Position numbers and translations under genes: made by a program
Assembly (NCBI GenBank): GCA_963726245.1
Contig: CAVSBT010000037.1
Span: forward strand, 32,001 to 96,000
DNA: 64,000 nucleotides
Reading direction: 5' to 3'
DNA from: an uncultured Chloroflexia bacterium
GTDB lineage: Bacteria > Chloroflexota > Dehalococcoidia > DSTF01 > JALHUB01
In this document: piece by piece, positions 1 through 11,199 of the stretch
Position numbering within the stretch: the stretch's first letter is position 1
Layout of the letters: each line of letters starts with the position of its first letter
Notes under the pieces: generated by a model
The model's input: the letters and a program-made list of their open reading frames with translations, nothing else
The model's database searches: none
Told to the model about the DNA's origin: nothing

Positions 1-406
1 GATGACTCGGGAATTGAAGTGGACGCGCTGGGCGGCGCGCCCGGCCCGCTCTCGGCCCGTTTCGGCGGCGAGAACGCCAGCGACCAGCAGCGGGTGGCCC
101 TCCTCCTGGAGCGACTGAAGGGGGTACCGCCCGAGAGACGTTCGGCCCGCTTTCGTCTGCCTCATCGCCGTCGCCCGGCCGCAGGGAGAGGTCAGCCTCT
201 TCGAGGGCCGGTGCGAGGGGCAGGTGGCGGAGGAGCCCCGAGGCGAGGGCGGCTTCGGCTACGACCCCGTCTTCCTGCTGCCGGAGCGCGGGCTCACCAT
301 CGCGGAGCTGCCTCCCGAAGAGAAGAATACCGTCAGCCACCGAGGGCGTGCCGCCCGCCAGGCGAAGGCCCTCCTAGAAGGGCTGCTTCGTGAGTGTCGA
401 GCCTGA
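1..406 (+). CDS. rdgB: Non-canonical purine NTP pyrophosphatase (RdgB/HAM1), 5'-partial, one frameshift near 155
   Basis: [18 protein letters not shown] in one frame; GFGYDPVF and SHRGRA motifs in the 224..406 frame. Confidence 0.9.
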
Positions 407-1427
407 GTTCATACCCCTGACACCCCTGGTCGACCCCTTCCAGCGCGTCATCAGCTACCTGCGCGTCTCCGTCACCGACCGCTGCAACCTGCGCTGCGTC
501 TACTGCATGCCCGAGGAGGGCATCGAGTTCCAGCCGCGTACGGAGATCCTTAGCTACGAGGAGATCCTGACCATTGTGCGGATGGGCGCCTCTATGGGGC
601 TGCGCAAGGTGCGCCTCACCGGCGGCGAGCCCCTGGTGCGCCACGGCATCGCGGACCTGGTGGCCATGATCGACGGCGTCCCCGGCATCGAGGACATTTC
701 CCTCACCACCAACGGCATCGCGCTGTCGCGGATGGCGGAGGACCTGGCGCGGGCCGGCCTGCGACGGGTCAACGTCAGCCTGGACACCCTGCGGCCGGAG
801 CGCTTCCACGAGATCACCCGCTGGGGCCGCTACGAAGACGTGGTGGAGGGCATCGCCGCCGCGCGGGCGGCCGGCCTCTCGCCCATCAAGATCAACGTCG
901 TCGTCATGCGCCAGATCAACGACGACGAGGTGCTGGACTTCGCCCGCTCCACCTACGAGCAGGACTGGGACGTCCGCTTCATCGAGCTGATGCCCTTCAT
1001 GGACGAGCAGGAGACCTGCATCAAGGACACCTCCCTGGTGCTGGGCTTCGTGCCCACGGAGGAGATCAAGCAGCAGATCGAAAAGGAGCTGGGCCCGCTC
1101 GAGCCCTCCCAGACGGCGGCGGGCTACGGTCCGGCGCGCTACTTCAAGCTGCGAGGCGCGAAGGGCAACATCGGCTTCATCAGCCCCCTCACCGAGAAGC
1201 ACTTCTGTGAGACCTGCAACCGCATGCGCCTCACCGCCGACGGCAAGATACGCCCCTGCCTGCTCACCGACCACGAGGTGGACCTGAAGTCCATCCTCCG
1301 CGGCGGCGGCGGCGACGAGGCGCTGCGGCAGGGCATCCTGGAAGCGCTCCGCACCAAGCCCGACGCCCACCACCTGACCGACGGCAACCGCCCGCGCTGG
1401 CGGAAGATGATCCAGATCGGGGGCTGA
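390..1427 (+). CDS. moaA: GTP 3',8-cyclase (radical SAM, molybdopterin synthesis)
   Basis: [37 protein letters not shown]-terminal IGG. Confidence 0.97.
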   Translation: MSVEPEFIPLTPLVDPFQRVISYLRVSVTDRCNLRCVYCMPEEGIEFQPRTEILSYEEILTIVRMGASMGLRKVRLTGGEPLVRHGIADLVAMIDGVPGIEDISLTTNGIALSRMAEDLARAGLRRVNVSLDTLRPERFHEITRWGRYEDVVEGIAAARAAGLSPIKINVVVMRQINDDEVLDFARSTYEQDWDVRFIELMPFMDEQETCIKDTSLVLGFVPTEEIKQQIEKELGPLEPSQTAAGYGPARYFKLRGAKGNIGFISPLTEKHFCETCNRMRLTADGKIRPCLLTDHEVDLKSILRGGGGDEALRQGILEALRTKPDAHHLTDGNRPRWRKMIQIGG

Positions 1428-1436
1428 GGCGGGACG

Positions 1437-1996
1437 ATGGGGATCGGCCACTCGCGCATAAGCCGGAGCGGCTGGGCTAATCCGGGAAGCGCCGGTGTTC
1501 TACGTGGCGAGCGTGAGCGCCCGACCTCAATCAGGGCCTGCGGGCCAGGGCCCAGCTGGACCTCTCGCCGAGGGGCGGCTCGCCTCTGCACATCATCGAT
1601 GAGCGACGCGTGGCCTAGCTATGATTCAGGGGCAGCGGCGACGAGACCGGCCGGCACTCGGCCGCCGAGTGGATGCCCATCACGATCATGGTGATGTCGA
1701 CCGGTGCGCGCGACGCGGCCATAGTGCGTCTCTACGGAGATGCGACGGTGGCCCCGCTAGAGGAATCGCCCCTCGCTGATCTGCTGCGCGCCTCAGCGGC
1801 CGAGCACCTGGGGCTGCCTGAGCGCCAGGTAGTCGACGTGGACGATAGAGGGCCACCCAGACGAGCTGTGGCTACTGGAGATGTAGATCCAGCAGTCTTC
1901 GAGTCGTCTCGCAGCGGATGTGCCTCACAGCGCGAGGCGGCCGTCGATTCAAGCAGCCAGCTTGACTCTGTCAGCTTCAGCGGCGACCTGTGCTAA
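1437..1996 (+). pseudogene. Degenerate or fragmented hypothetical ORF between moaA and moaC
   Basis: Coding-like segment (AIVRLYGDATVAPLEESPLADLL) in broken frames; family not confidently identified. Confidence 0.3.
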
Positions 1997-2005
1997 AGTG
2001 ACGTC

Positions 2006-2491
2006 ATGGCTGAGAAGAGACGCCTCACCCACCTCGATTCCGCCGGGCGCGCGCGCATGGTGGACGTGAGCGCCAAGGCGGACACGGCCCGCGTGGCCGT
2101 GGCCCGCGGCAGCGTGCGCATGCGGCCGGAGACGCTGGCCCTCATCCAGTCCGGCCGCGTGGAGAAGGGCGACGTGCTGGCCGTGGCCCGCCTCGCCGGC
2201 GTCATGGCCGCCAAGAAGACCCACGAGCTCATCCCCCTCTGCCACCCTCTCCTCCTCACCGACATCGACGTGCAGATCAGCCCCGACGAAGCCGAGAGCG
2301 CCGTCCACATCGAGGCCACTGTGCGCAGCACGGGCAAGACGGGCGTGGAGATGGAGGCGCTGACGGCGGTGGCGGTGGCCGCCCTCACCGTCTACGACAT
2401 GTGCAAGGCCGCCGACCGCGCCATGCGCATCGAGGGCGTGCGGCTGGTGAGGAAGAGCGGCGGCAAGAGCGGCGAGATCGTCCTCGAGTAG
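2006..2491 (+). CDS. moaC: Cyclic pyranopterin monophosphate synthase
   Basis: [36 protein letters not shown]. Confidence 0.97.
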   Translation: MAEKRRLTHLDSAGRARMVDVSAKADTARVAVARGSVRMRPETLALIQSGRVEKGDVLAVARLAGVMAAKKTHELIPLCHPLLLTDIDVQISPDEAESAVHIEATVRSTGKTGVEMEALTAVAVAALTVYDMCKAADRAMRIEGVRLVRKSGGKSGEIVLE

Positions 2492-2507
2492 GTTGGCGGC
2501 CAAGGGG

Positions 2508-2577
2508 CCGCTCATGGTTCGACCGGCTCACCATGAGCGGAACGTATCAGCCGCTCACCCTGAGCCTGTCGAAGGGC
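2508..2577. repeat. REP-like palindrome, TTCGAC.GGCTCA family (other copies 28523-28651, 44078-44191, 46142-46174, 49281-49301)
   Basis: CCGCTCATGGTTCGACCGGCTCACCATGAGCGG plus inverted CCTGAGCCTGTCGAAGGG; recurs in intergenic spaces. Confidence 0.85.
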
Positions 2578-2602
2578 GGGCGGCGACTTTGCCAGCACCC
2601 CG

Positions 2603-3019
2603 CTAGGGGCGGCGCCGCTCAGACCTATCTCGCCTGGGCTGCTCCAGCAGCAGCTCGACCACCCTTGTGAGGGCGTGGTAGGCGTAGACCACGTAGTCGC
2701 AGGGGTGGAGGTCCAGCTTCTTGAGGCGCTCCTCCCGGGCGTCGACGGGGTCGCCGGCGCCCTGCGAGAAGTCGATCTCCACCTCCAGCTCGTAGAGCTC
2801 CGCGTCGGGGCCCAGCACCACGCAGCCGCGCTCGCGGCTGGCGAGGGCGCCCGGCTCCACCTCGATGCCGTAGGTGAAGAAGGCGCCCGGGAAGGGCGGG
2901 AAGGGGTCCAGCTTCTGGACCGCCTCCTGCAACAGATGGCGGAGCTGCTCGGCGGCCCTCTCGACTATGAGGTCGGCGTGCGCCTTGTGGGCCAGGGGAT
3001 CGGTCTCTTCGTTGCTCAT
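2603..3019 (-). CDS. Hypothetical protein
   Basis: 138-aa ORF with normal GC-rich codon usage. Confidence 0.7.
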   Translation of the reverse strand: MSNEETDPLAHKAHADLIVERAAEQLRHLLQEAVQKLDPFPPFPGAFFTYGIEVEPGALASRERGCVVLGPDAELYELEVEIDFSQGAGDPVDAREERLKKLDLHPCDYVVYAYHALTRVVELLLEQPRRDRSERRRP

Positions 3020-3304
3020 GGCTGAGGCAGTTCGCTCACTCGGGATTATAGGATCCGCCGCCAGATTCCGGCAACGACGCCGGCCTCAGAGTCATTGAAA
3101 TGGTTGACGCGAGTGTAGGGGCAGGGCTCGCCCCTGCCCAGCCCAGGGCGCCTGCAAGAGGCGCCCCGACGAGCAACCAGTCGCTCTCCTAACGAGCCCT
3201 TGACCACTCGCTGGGGCGCGGGCATACTCGAACCGCCCGCCGCCCGGCAGCCAGGTCCGTTCCCAGAAGCCGCTTCCGCAGCCTGCGAAAGGTTGGTGGC
3301 CGCC

Positions 3305-4571
3305 GTGAAAGCCGTCTTCTCCAGTCTCAGTCCCGCCCGCGTCCTATTCACGAGGTTCATGCGACGCCTGGGTCGCGCGCCCTACTTCGGCCCTCTCTCC
3401 ACCGTCTACCTCCGCGACGTCCCGTCGCCGCCTGCGCCCGGCCCAGGCCAGGTCCGGATCCGCAACCGCCTCTGCGGCATCTGCGGCTCAGACCTCCACT
3501 TCGTCCTCGGCGAAGGCGACTTTCGCATCGCGCCCGCCGCCATCCCGACGGCCGGCTTCCCCTACATGGGCCACGAGATTGTCGGCGATGTGACCGAGGT
3601 GGGGCCGGGCGTCACCCGCTTCAAGGTGGGAGACCGCGTGGTCCAGGAAAAGTCCATTAGCTGTCTGGCAGTCGGGCGGCAGCCGCTCTGCCGCCAGTGC
3701 GCCATAGGCAACTACAACCTCTGCGAGACGCCGGTCGAGGAGCTGCGCACCAGCATCGTCGGCGGCGGCTGGAGCGAGGAGATGACAATCGCGGAGGGCT
3801 TCCTCTTCCCGGTCCCCGATGAGATCAGCGACGAGCAGGCCGTCCTTATCGAGCCCCTGGGCTCCGGCCTGCGGGCGGTCACCCGTCGCACCCCCCGGCC
3901 GGGGGAGAAAGTCCTCATCATAGGCCAGGGCACGCAGGGTCTCGGCGCTCTGCTATCGATCCGCGCCGTCCAGCCCGACTGCCACGTCACCGTCCTGGCC
4001 CGCTTCCCATACCAGGCCGACATGGCCCGGCGCTGCGGCGCGGACGAGGTGATCATGCTGGGCGCCGACCTCTACCAGGAGGCGGCCCGCCTCACCGGAG
4101 GCAAGGTGTACCAGGGCATGTTCGGCAACCGCATGCTCCTGGGCGGCTTCGACGTGGTGTACGACTGCGTCGGCCTGCCCAGCACCCTCAAGGACGCACT
4201 GCGACTGGCCCGGGCCCGGGGCACCGTGGTCCTGGTGGGGGTCTACCTGGAGCCCATGAAGATAGACCTCACGCCCGCCTGGTACTGGGAGGTGGACCTC
4301 ATCGGCGTGTATGCCCACGGCGCCGAGGACTGGCAGGGCGAGCGCGTCGGCACATACGAGCTCATTGCCCGCCTGATGCGGGAAGGGAAGATGAACGTCG
4401 ACGGCTTCATCACCCACACGCTTCGCGCTGCCCGACTACCGGCAGGCTATCGCCACCGCCATCCATCAGTCGCGCACCAGCGCCATCAAGGTCGTCTTCG
4501 ACTACCGCCGATTCTACGTAGGGGCGGTTCGCGAACCGCCCCTACATGCGCCCGCCGAGGAGGCCCCATGA
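3305..4571 (+). CDS. Zn-dependent (MDR) alcohol dehydrogenase, frameshift near 4421
   Basis: CGICGSD, GHE.VG, Cys cluster; shifted frame ends AIKVVFD...; its TGA overlaps the next ATG (ATGA). Confidence 0.85.
4518..4545. repeat. GTAG-type REP palindrome (related copies 3115-3139, 6710-6767, 57471-57531, 57567-57594)
   Basis: GTAGGGGCGGTTCGCGAACCGCCCCTAC perfect inverted repeat. Confidence 0.85.
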
Positions 4572-5858
4572 GCTACGCCGACCTGCGCTTCCCCAAAGGT
4601 TTCCTCTGGGGCTGCGCCACCTCCGCCCACCAGGTGGAGGGCAACAATACCAAGAACAACTGGTGGGAGTGGGAGCAGGAGACGGGCCACATCAAGGGCG
4701 GCGACATCTCCGGCGCGGCCTGCGACCACTACAACCGCTTCGACTCCGACTTCGCCCTGGCCCGAGAGCTGGGCCACAACGCCCACCGCCTCTCCATCGA
4801 GTGGAGCCGCATCGAGCCCGAGGAGGGCCGCTGGAACATGAAGGAGGTGGCCCACTACCGGAAGGTCATGGAGTCGCTCCACAGCCACGGCCTGACGCCC
4901 ATGGTCACACTCCACCACTTCACCAACCCGATCTGGTTTGAGCGCCAGGGCGGCTGGACGAACCCCCGCTCCGTCGACCTCATCGCCCGCTATTCGGGCT
5001 TCATCGCCGGAGAACTGGGCGACCTGGTGCCCTTCTGGTCAACCATCAACGAGCCGATGATCGTCGTCGTCGCCGTCCTACCTCGTCGGCGCCCACCCGC
5101 CCTGCCGGAGCGACTGGAGCGCGGCCGTGACCGTCGCCCGGCACCTCCTCCAGGCGCACGGCGGCATGTACCGGGCCGTGAAGGAGGCGACGTCCCACAA
5201 CCCGCAGGTCGGGCCGGTGCTCGCCATGCCCTACATCGAGCCCTTCGACCCGAACTCGGAGGAGGACCGCGAGGCGGCCCGCGGCTCCGACCTTCTGATG
5301 AACGAGTACTTCCTGGCCGGGATCAGCACGGGGACGGTGGGGCCACCCGCGGGCCAGGGCGAGGAGGTCCCGGGCCTGAAGGACTCCTGGGACTTCATCG
5401 GCATCAACTACTACAGCCGCCATCGCATCGCCCACGACCAGCCGCCGGACATCAGCGGAGCGCCGCCTCCCGACGCCGAGCTCACCCTCATGGGCTACGA
5501 GGTCTACCCGGAGGGCTTCTACCGCCAGTTGGCCCGCTTGAAGCAGTACGGCCTCCCCGTCTACGTCACCGAGAACGGCATCTCCACCAAGGACGACACC
5601 CAGCGCTGCCGTCACCTGCTGCGCCACCTGGCAGAGGTGCAACGCGCCATCCAGGAAGGGACGGACATCCGGGGCTACCTGCACTGGAGCCTCATTGACA
5701 ACTTCGAGTGGGCGGATGGCTACCAGCAGCCGTTCGGGATGGTGGCTATCGAGCCCGGCACGCTCAAGCGGCGGCCGCGGCCCAGCGCCTACCTCTTCCG
5801 CGATGTCGCCCGCGGCAACGCGGTGACAGCAGCCCAGCTTCAGGAGTACGTGGGGTAA
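4568..5858 (+). CDS. Glycoside hydrolase family 1 (beta-glucosidase-like), frameshift near 5070
   Basis: FPKGFLWGCATSAHQVEG, TINEP acid/base, TENG nucleophile, WSLIDNFEW. Confidence 0.93.
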
Positions 5859-5869
5859 GGAGGTATCAC

Positions 5870-6679
5870 ATGTCCAAGGTCCTCTACGACAAGCAGGGCC
5901 ACGTCGTCACCATCACCATCAACCGGCCGGAGGTGATGAACGCGCTCGACTTCGAGACCGGGGACCTCCTGGTGGAGGCCTGGTGCCGCTTCCGGGATGA
6001 CGATGACGCCTACGTGGCCATCCTGACCGGCGCCGGGGAGCGCTCCTTCTCGGCCGGGGCCGACCTGAAGATGATCTCTCAGCTCGACCGCACCCCCTGG
6101 AGCGTGGACCGCCTGCGCACCCGCATCTACAACGCCAAGGGCGACGTGGGCTACACGCGCGGCTTCGACATCTTCAAGCCGACCATCGCCGCTATCAACG
6201 GCTACTGCTTCGCCGCCGGGCTGGAGACGGCCACCTGGTGCGACATCCGCATCGCCGCCGAGCACGCCGAGTTCGGCTGCCTGGAGCGGCGCTGGAACGT
6301 CGGACTCTCCGACGGCGGCACCGTGCGCCTGCCCCTCATCGTAGGGCTGGGGCGCGCCCTGGAGCTGATCGTCACCGGCCGTCGCATCGACGTACAGGAG
6401 GCGCTGCGCATCGGCCTGGTGCACGAAGTCGTGCCGAAGGAGCGCCTGCTGCCGCGCGTCCGCGAGCTGGCGGAGCACATCTGCACCCTCCCCCAGGGCG
6501 CTATCCGCAGCGATAAGGAGTCGGTCCTGCGCTCCTACGGCCACACGCTGGAGGAGCGCTACCGCATCGAGGCGGAGATGTTCCACAACCAGCTGTGGTT
6601 CCGAGAGGACAGCCCTCAGGAGGGCGCCGCCGCCTTCATCGAGAAGCGAAAGCCCCGCTGGAAGAAGCAGGGGCTGTAG
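5870..6679 (+). CDS. Enoyl-CoA hydratase/isomerase (crotonase family)
   Basis: ITINRPEVMNAL, FSAGADL, KPTIAAINGYC; AGGAGG SD upstream. Confidence 0.92.
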   Translation: MSKVLYDKQGHVVTITINRPEVMNALDFETGDLLVEAWCRFRDDDDAYVAILTGAGERSFSAGADLKMISQLDRTPWSVDRLRTRIYNAKGDVGYTRGFDIFKPTIAAINGYCFAAGLETATWCDIRIAAEHAEFGCLERRWNVGLSDGGTVRLPLIVGLGRALELIVTGRRIDVQEALRIGLVHEVVPKERLLPRVRELAEHICTLPQGAIRSDKESVLRSYGHTLEERYRIEAEMFHNQLWFREDSPQEGAAAFIEKRKPRWKKQGL

Positions 6680-6797
6680 GGCGGGTTGCGGGAGGCAGGG
6701 ATACAAATCGTAGGCGGGGGTCTTCTGACCCCCGCCAGCCCATCGGGGTCTGAAGACCCCGACCTACGTTCGATGAAGCGCCCCTGCGGGCGGGCCG

Positions 6798-7727
6798 CTA
6801 CCCTCCGGCCTTCGTCAGCGCTTGGTCGATAGCGGCCTTGAACACGGTGTACGGCTGCGCCCCTTCGATGAGGTTGCCGTTGACGAAGAAGGCAGGCGTA
6901 CCCTGCACGCCGGCGGTGATGCCGTCCTGCTCGTCCTTTTGTACCTCCGACAAGTACTTGTCGGAGTCCAGGCACTGGTTGAAGGTCGCAGTGTCCAGTT
7001 GCAGGGTAGCCGCATAGTTCTTCAGACTCGCGTCGTCCAGCGCGCTCTGGTTCTGGAAGAGGAGGTCGTGGTACTCCCAGTAGGCCCCCTGCTCATTGGC
7101 ACACTCGCTGGCCTCAGCGGCCTTGAGAGCATACTGATGCAGGCTGGTGAGCGGAAAGTCGCGGTAGACGAAGCGGATCTTATCGCCGTAGTTCTGCATG
7201 ATCTGGGGAAGCGTGTCCGTTTGGAAACGGGCGCAGTACGGACACTGGAAATCGCTGAACTCGATGACCGTGACTTTGGCGTCCGCCGGCCCGAGGGCGG
7301 GGTCGTTGTCTGTGGACACATCGACGGGCCCGACGGTGGGTGTCGGCCCCCCCGCCGTGGGCTGGGCGACCACTGCCGCCTGCGCACCCCCGCCTTCATT
7401 GGAGGCGACCTTCGAGTGGGTGAACATGCCCAATACGAAGATGCCGACGGCGGCGAAAGCCACCAAGGTGACGGCGGCGGCCAGCGCCACCGGGCCGCGC
7501 AGCACACCGGGCACCGCCACAGTGGGAGACGGAGGGACCGCCTCGACCGGCGCCGTCTCCGGCTCCGGTGCCGTCTCCGCACCCTGGACGGTCTCCGGCT
7601 GCTCAGCCGACAAGAGCTCGCCCGTGGCCGGCGTCTCCTGGCTCGCTTCCGGCATACTCTCTTCCATTCCCGACGGCGGTGGGACCTCCTGCGATCCCTC
7701 CTGCCGTGGCTCCTTCGGTTCCTCCAC
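6798..7727 (-). CDS. Membrane-anchored DsbA-family oxidoreductase
   Basis: TM segment, EFSDFQCPYC, GVQGTPAFFVNG. Confidence 0.92.
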   Translation of the reverse strand: MEEPKEPRQEGSQEVPPPSGMEESMPEASQETPATGELLSAEQPETVQGAETAPEPETAPVEAVPPSPTVAVPGVLRGPVALAAAVTLVAFAAVGIFVLGMFTHSKVASNEGGGAQAAVVAQPTAGGPTPTVGPVDVSTDNDPALGPADAKVTVIEFSDFQCPYCARFQTDTLPQIMQNYGDKIRFVYRDFPLTSLHQYALKAAEASECANEQGAYWEYHDLLFQNQSALDDASLKNYAATLQLDTATFNQCLDSDKYLSEVQKDEQDGITAGVQGTPAFFVNGNLIEGAQPYTVFKAAIDQALTKAGG

Positions 7728-8000
7728 CGGTCACCTCCACTGATCTCGATGAGCAACAAGCCGGAGGCCTGTGGATCCGATCTCCCTACCGGCCTCCGGT
7801 GTATGCCACTCTAACGAGGAAAGCCTTCCCTGTCAATCACAGGCGCATACCCAACCGAATCTGTCAACGGATAAACAGATGCAAAATCATCACTTCATCC
7901 GTTCGCCCTGCGTTGACCGATCTTCTCCCCCAGGAGACAGCCTGCGCGTTAGCATGTATCCTGAGTCCAACCACCAAGAGGAGCCACCCCCAACACTTCG

Positions 8001-8816
8001 ATGAGCCGCCAGCCGTCCCCTCCGCCTCAGAGCTACAGGATGCCGCCGCTCTACCTCATGGCCGTGATCGTATCCGTCCTCACAGGACGCCGCCGCTCCT
8101 TCACCGCCGACGGCCGCCGGCTGCTGAGCCGGCTCTCCATTCCACCGCGCATCGTCGGCGAAGAGCACATACCGGCGCGAGAGCCCTTCGTCGTAATCGC
8201 CAACCACTACCAGCGACCCGGGCTGTGGGTCGTGTGGGGCGGCCTCCTCATCTCGACGGCGGTGGCGCGTCGCCGGCAGGAGTTGCCGGAGGTGCGCTGG
8301 GCAGTGGCCGGAGAGTGGCGGGGACGCCTGGTGGGCCCGCTGCCCTGGCCGGCCCCCTTTCTGCGCTGGCTCTTCCGGCGCCTCGCCGCCACCTTTGGGC
8401 ACATCGTCGTGCCGACGGCCGACTTCATGTCGGCGGGGCGCGCCCAGGCGGCGCGCGCCATGCTGCGGACCCTGCGGCCGCCCGCCGGCGCGGCTGCGCC
8501 CCCGCCGTTGGGACTCTTCCCAGAGGCGGGCAACAGCCCGGACCGCTCTCTGCAACGGCCCGATTGGGGCGTCAGGCGGCTGCTGCTCCACCTCTGCCGC
8601 GGGGGCACACCGGTGCTGCCGGCAGCCCTCTGTGAGGTCGACGGCGCCCTGACGGTCACCTTCGGACCTCCGGTCAGCCTCGAGCGCTTCCAGGCCGCCG
8701 GCGGTGAGGCCGCGGACGCCGCCCTGGATGAGGTCATGCTGGCGGTGGCACGGCTGCTGCCGCCGTCCATGCATGGCGCCTACGCCGGGCGGGAGCTCCC
8801 GAAGGCCAGCCTCTAG
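8001..8816 (+). CDS. PlsC-like lysophospholipid acyltransferase family protein
   Basis: VGEEHIP..PFVVIANH and LGLFPEA motifs. Confidence 0.7.
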   Translation: MSRQPSPPPQSYRMPPLYLMAVIVSVLTGRRRSFTADGRRLLSRLSIPPRIVGEEHIPAREPFVVIANHYQRPGLWVVWGGLLISTAVARRRQELPEVRWAVAGEWRGRLVGPLPWPAPFLRWLFRRLAATFGHIVVPTADFMSAGRAQAARAMLRTLRPPAGAAAPPPLGLFPEAGNSPDRSLQRPDWGVRRLLLHLCRGGTPVLPAALCEVDGALTVTFGPPVSLERFQAAGGEAADAALDEVMLAVARLLPPSMHGAYAGRELPKASL

Positions 8817-8915
8817 GCTGGCAGGGCAGCCAGGCTCCCTCCTTCGGCGGGCAGGCAAGCCTGGCCTTCGGCGACTGTCATCCTTTACGCCACCTGTGCG
8901 CTCGGTTAAGCTGGA

Positions 8916-10082
8916 ATGGACGGTTTCCACACTGCGGCCACGTACGAAGCCGAAATGACGATAGAATCGACACCCGGCGCCATGGATCCCGAAGGGCTGC
9001 GGACCGTCGAGGCCCTATTCCGGCAGCAGATCGATGAGGGGCTCCATCCCGGCGCCTCTCTGGCTGTCTATCGCCACGGCCGCCTGGTGCTGGAGTTGTT
9101 CGGCGGCCTGGCCCGCCTGGCGGACGGGCAGGCCGAGCAGGAATCGGGCCGGCCCGTGACGCCGGAGACGCTCTTCGTCCTCTTCTCCGCCACGAAACCT
9201 TTATCGGCCGTCTGCCTTCACATCCTCCTGGAGCGGGGCCGCTTCGACCTGGACGATCCTGTCGCTCGCTTCTGGCCGGAGTTCGCGCGCAACGGCAAGG
9301 CCGCCGTGACCGTGCGCCACGTCCTCACCCACAGCGGCGGCTTCCCTCAGCACCCGCCGCAACTTCCGCCGCGGAAATGGGGCGATTGGAAGGTCATCGT
9401 GCAGGCGATGGAGGAGATCGAGCCCATTTGGGAGCCGGGGCAGGACACGGGCTACCATCCACTCAACTTCGGCTGGGTGGTGGGCGAGCTGGTACGCCGC
9501 ATCGACGGTCGGCCCATCTCGCAGTTCCTGAAAGACGAGGTAACCGGCCCTCTTGGGATGCATGACACCTACCTGGGCCTGCCGCCGGAACTGGAGGGAC
9601 GCGTCGCCCGTCTCTACGCAGCGGACGAAGAAGTAGATCCCCGGGTAGTGGCCGTGTTCAACCGGCCGGAAGTCCACCAGGCGGTAATCCCGGCCGGAGG
9701 CGGAATCAGCGCGGCCCGCGACCTGGCTCGCTTCTATGCCACGCTGGCGGCCGGTGGGACGCTCGACGGCATGCGCATCCTCTCGGCGGAGAGCGTGGAG
9801 CGCGCCACCGCCCTGCAGGTGCACGTGCAAAGCGACCGCACGCTGGGCATCCCCATGCGCTGGGCCCTGGGCTTCCACCTGGGCGGGAACCCCGTCGACC
9901 TGTTTGGGTACAACACGAGTCCCCGCGCCTTCGGCCATGGCGGACACGGCAGCTCCGTCGGCTGGGCGGACCCCGACCTGGGGCTGGCCGTAGCCATCAT
10001 CACCAACGGCCTGCGGAGTCCTGCCGGCCACGCCATGCGGGTCGCGGCCCTGTCCGAAGCCATACGAAAGGCCTGTCTCTAG
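8916..10082 (+). CDS. Serine hydrolase (beta-lactamase/EstB-like)
   Basis: FSATK (SxxK), LTHSGG, GYH, FGHGG. Confidence 0.9.
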   Translation: MDGFHTAATYEAEMTIESTPGAMDPEGLRTVEALFRQQIDEGLHPGASLAVYRHGRLVLELFGGLARLADGQAEQESGRPVTPETLFVLFSATKPLSAVCLHILLERGRFDLDDPVARFWPEFARNGKAAVTVRHVLTHSGGFPQHPPQLPPRKWGDWKVIVQAMEEIEPIWEPGQDTGYHPLNFGWVVGELVRRIDGRPISQFLKDEVTGPLGMHDTYLGLPPELEGRVARLYAADEEVDPRVVAVFNRPEVHQAVIPAGGGISAARDLARFYATLAAGGTLDGMRILSAESVERATALQVHVQSDRTLGIPMRWALGFHLGGNPVDLFGYNTSPRAFGHGGHGSSVGWADPDLGLAVAIITNGLRSPAGHAMRVAALSEAIRKACL

Positions 10083-10179
10083 GCGCGTCCCAGCGGGAAG
10101 CGAGGCGCCCGCCTGCCGATAGACATCCGGGGGGCCGTCCGTCGCGCTTGCCTGCGCCAGATTGGGGCCTAGAAGGAAC

Positions 10180-11004
10180 GTGTCGCTCGAAGAGCTGTTG
10201 CTGCTGCCCCTGGGGCTGGTGTCCGGCGCCTACGGGACGATCATCGGCGCCGGAGGCGGCTTCGTGCTCGTTCCGGCGCTCCTTCTCCTCTACTCCGACA
10301 AGCCCGCCGACCAGCTCACCGCCATATCCCTGACCGTCGTCCTCCTCACCGGCATCTCCGCCTCCATCGCCTACGGCCGCCAGAGGCGCATTGATTATCT
10401 GACCGCCCTCCTCTTGGGCTTCGCCACCGTGCCGGGCAGCATCCTGGGCGCGCTGGCTGTCCATGATGTTCCCCGACCCGCCTTCGACATCGTCTTCGGG
10501 GCGCTGCTGCTGTCTGTGGGCGCCTTCACGCTGCGTCGGCGCGAGGTTGTCGCTGTCGGCGAGCCCCTGACTGGTCCCGGCGTTCTACACCGCGAGCTGG
10601 CTGCCGAAGACGGGGAGACCTATCACTACGCCTATCCCGTGCCGTACGGGCTGGGCATGAGCGGAGGCACAGGCTTCCTGGCCGGCCTCTTCGGCATCGG
10701 CGGCGGTGTGATCCAGGTACCGATGATGATCGGGTTCCTGCGCATCCCGCTGGCAGTCGCCGTGGCCACCTCGACGCTCATGATCGTTCTCGTTTCGGCG
10801 AGTGCCGTCAGCGTGCACGCCGTGGGCGGCGAGCTAGCCGGACACAACCTTGTCATCGCTCTCCTGCTATCGGCGGGGGCGGTGCCCGGCGCCCAACTCG
10901 GCGCTTTCCTGGCGCGCCGATTCGCCTCGACCACGGTGACCGGCCTGCTGGTCGCCGCCCTGGCCCTCGTGGGCATCCGCCTCATCCTGCGCGGGTTCAT
11001 CTAG
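10180..11004 (+). CDS. TauE/SafE sulfite exporter family membrane protein
   Basis: GAGGGFVLVP and GIGGGVIQVP repeats, multiple TM segments. Confidence 0.9.
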   Translation: MSLEELLLLPLGLVSGAYGTIIGAGGGFVLVPALLLLYSDKPADQLTAISLTVVLLTGISASIAYGRQRRIDYLTALLLGFATVPGSILGALAVHDVPRPAFDIVFGALLLSVGAFTLRRREVVAVGEPLTGPGVLHRELAAEDGETYHYAYPVPYGLGMSGGTGFLAGLFGIGGGVIQVPMMIGFLRIPLAVAVATSTLMIVLVSASAVSVHAVGGELAGHNLVIALLLSAGAVPGAQLGAFLARRFASTTVTGLLVAALALVGIRLILRGFI

Positions 11005-11058
11005 CTGCCTTGCGGACGAAGCTGAAGGGGTTGTCGAGAAAGACCCATCGGCGTGATC

Positions 11059-11131
11059 TGTCATTCGGAGTCCGCCTGAGGCGGACGAAGAATCCGGTTT
11101 GGCCGGACTCTTCGCTTCGCTCAGAGTGACA
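11059..11131. repeat. TGTCA...TGACA miniature palindromic element with nested GTCCGCCTGAGGCGGAC hairpin
   Basis: Terminal inverted repeats TGTCATTC.GAG / CTC.GAGTGACA. Confidence 0.65.
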
Positions 11132-11199
11132 GGGCGGGAGGGCTCTTCAAGCGGCCCGAAGCTCCGTCCCTACATCGAAGGTCGACCGCTATGCGGAGG

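Noticed and set aside
3200-5698. 832-aa ADH-GH1 fusion ORF
   Set aside because: Artifact of an indel near 4421; the repaired ADH stops at the ATGA overlap and GH1 has its own SD
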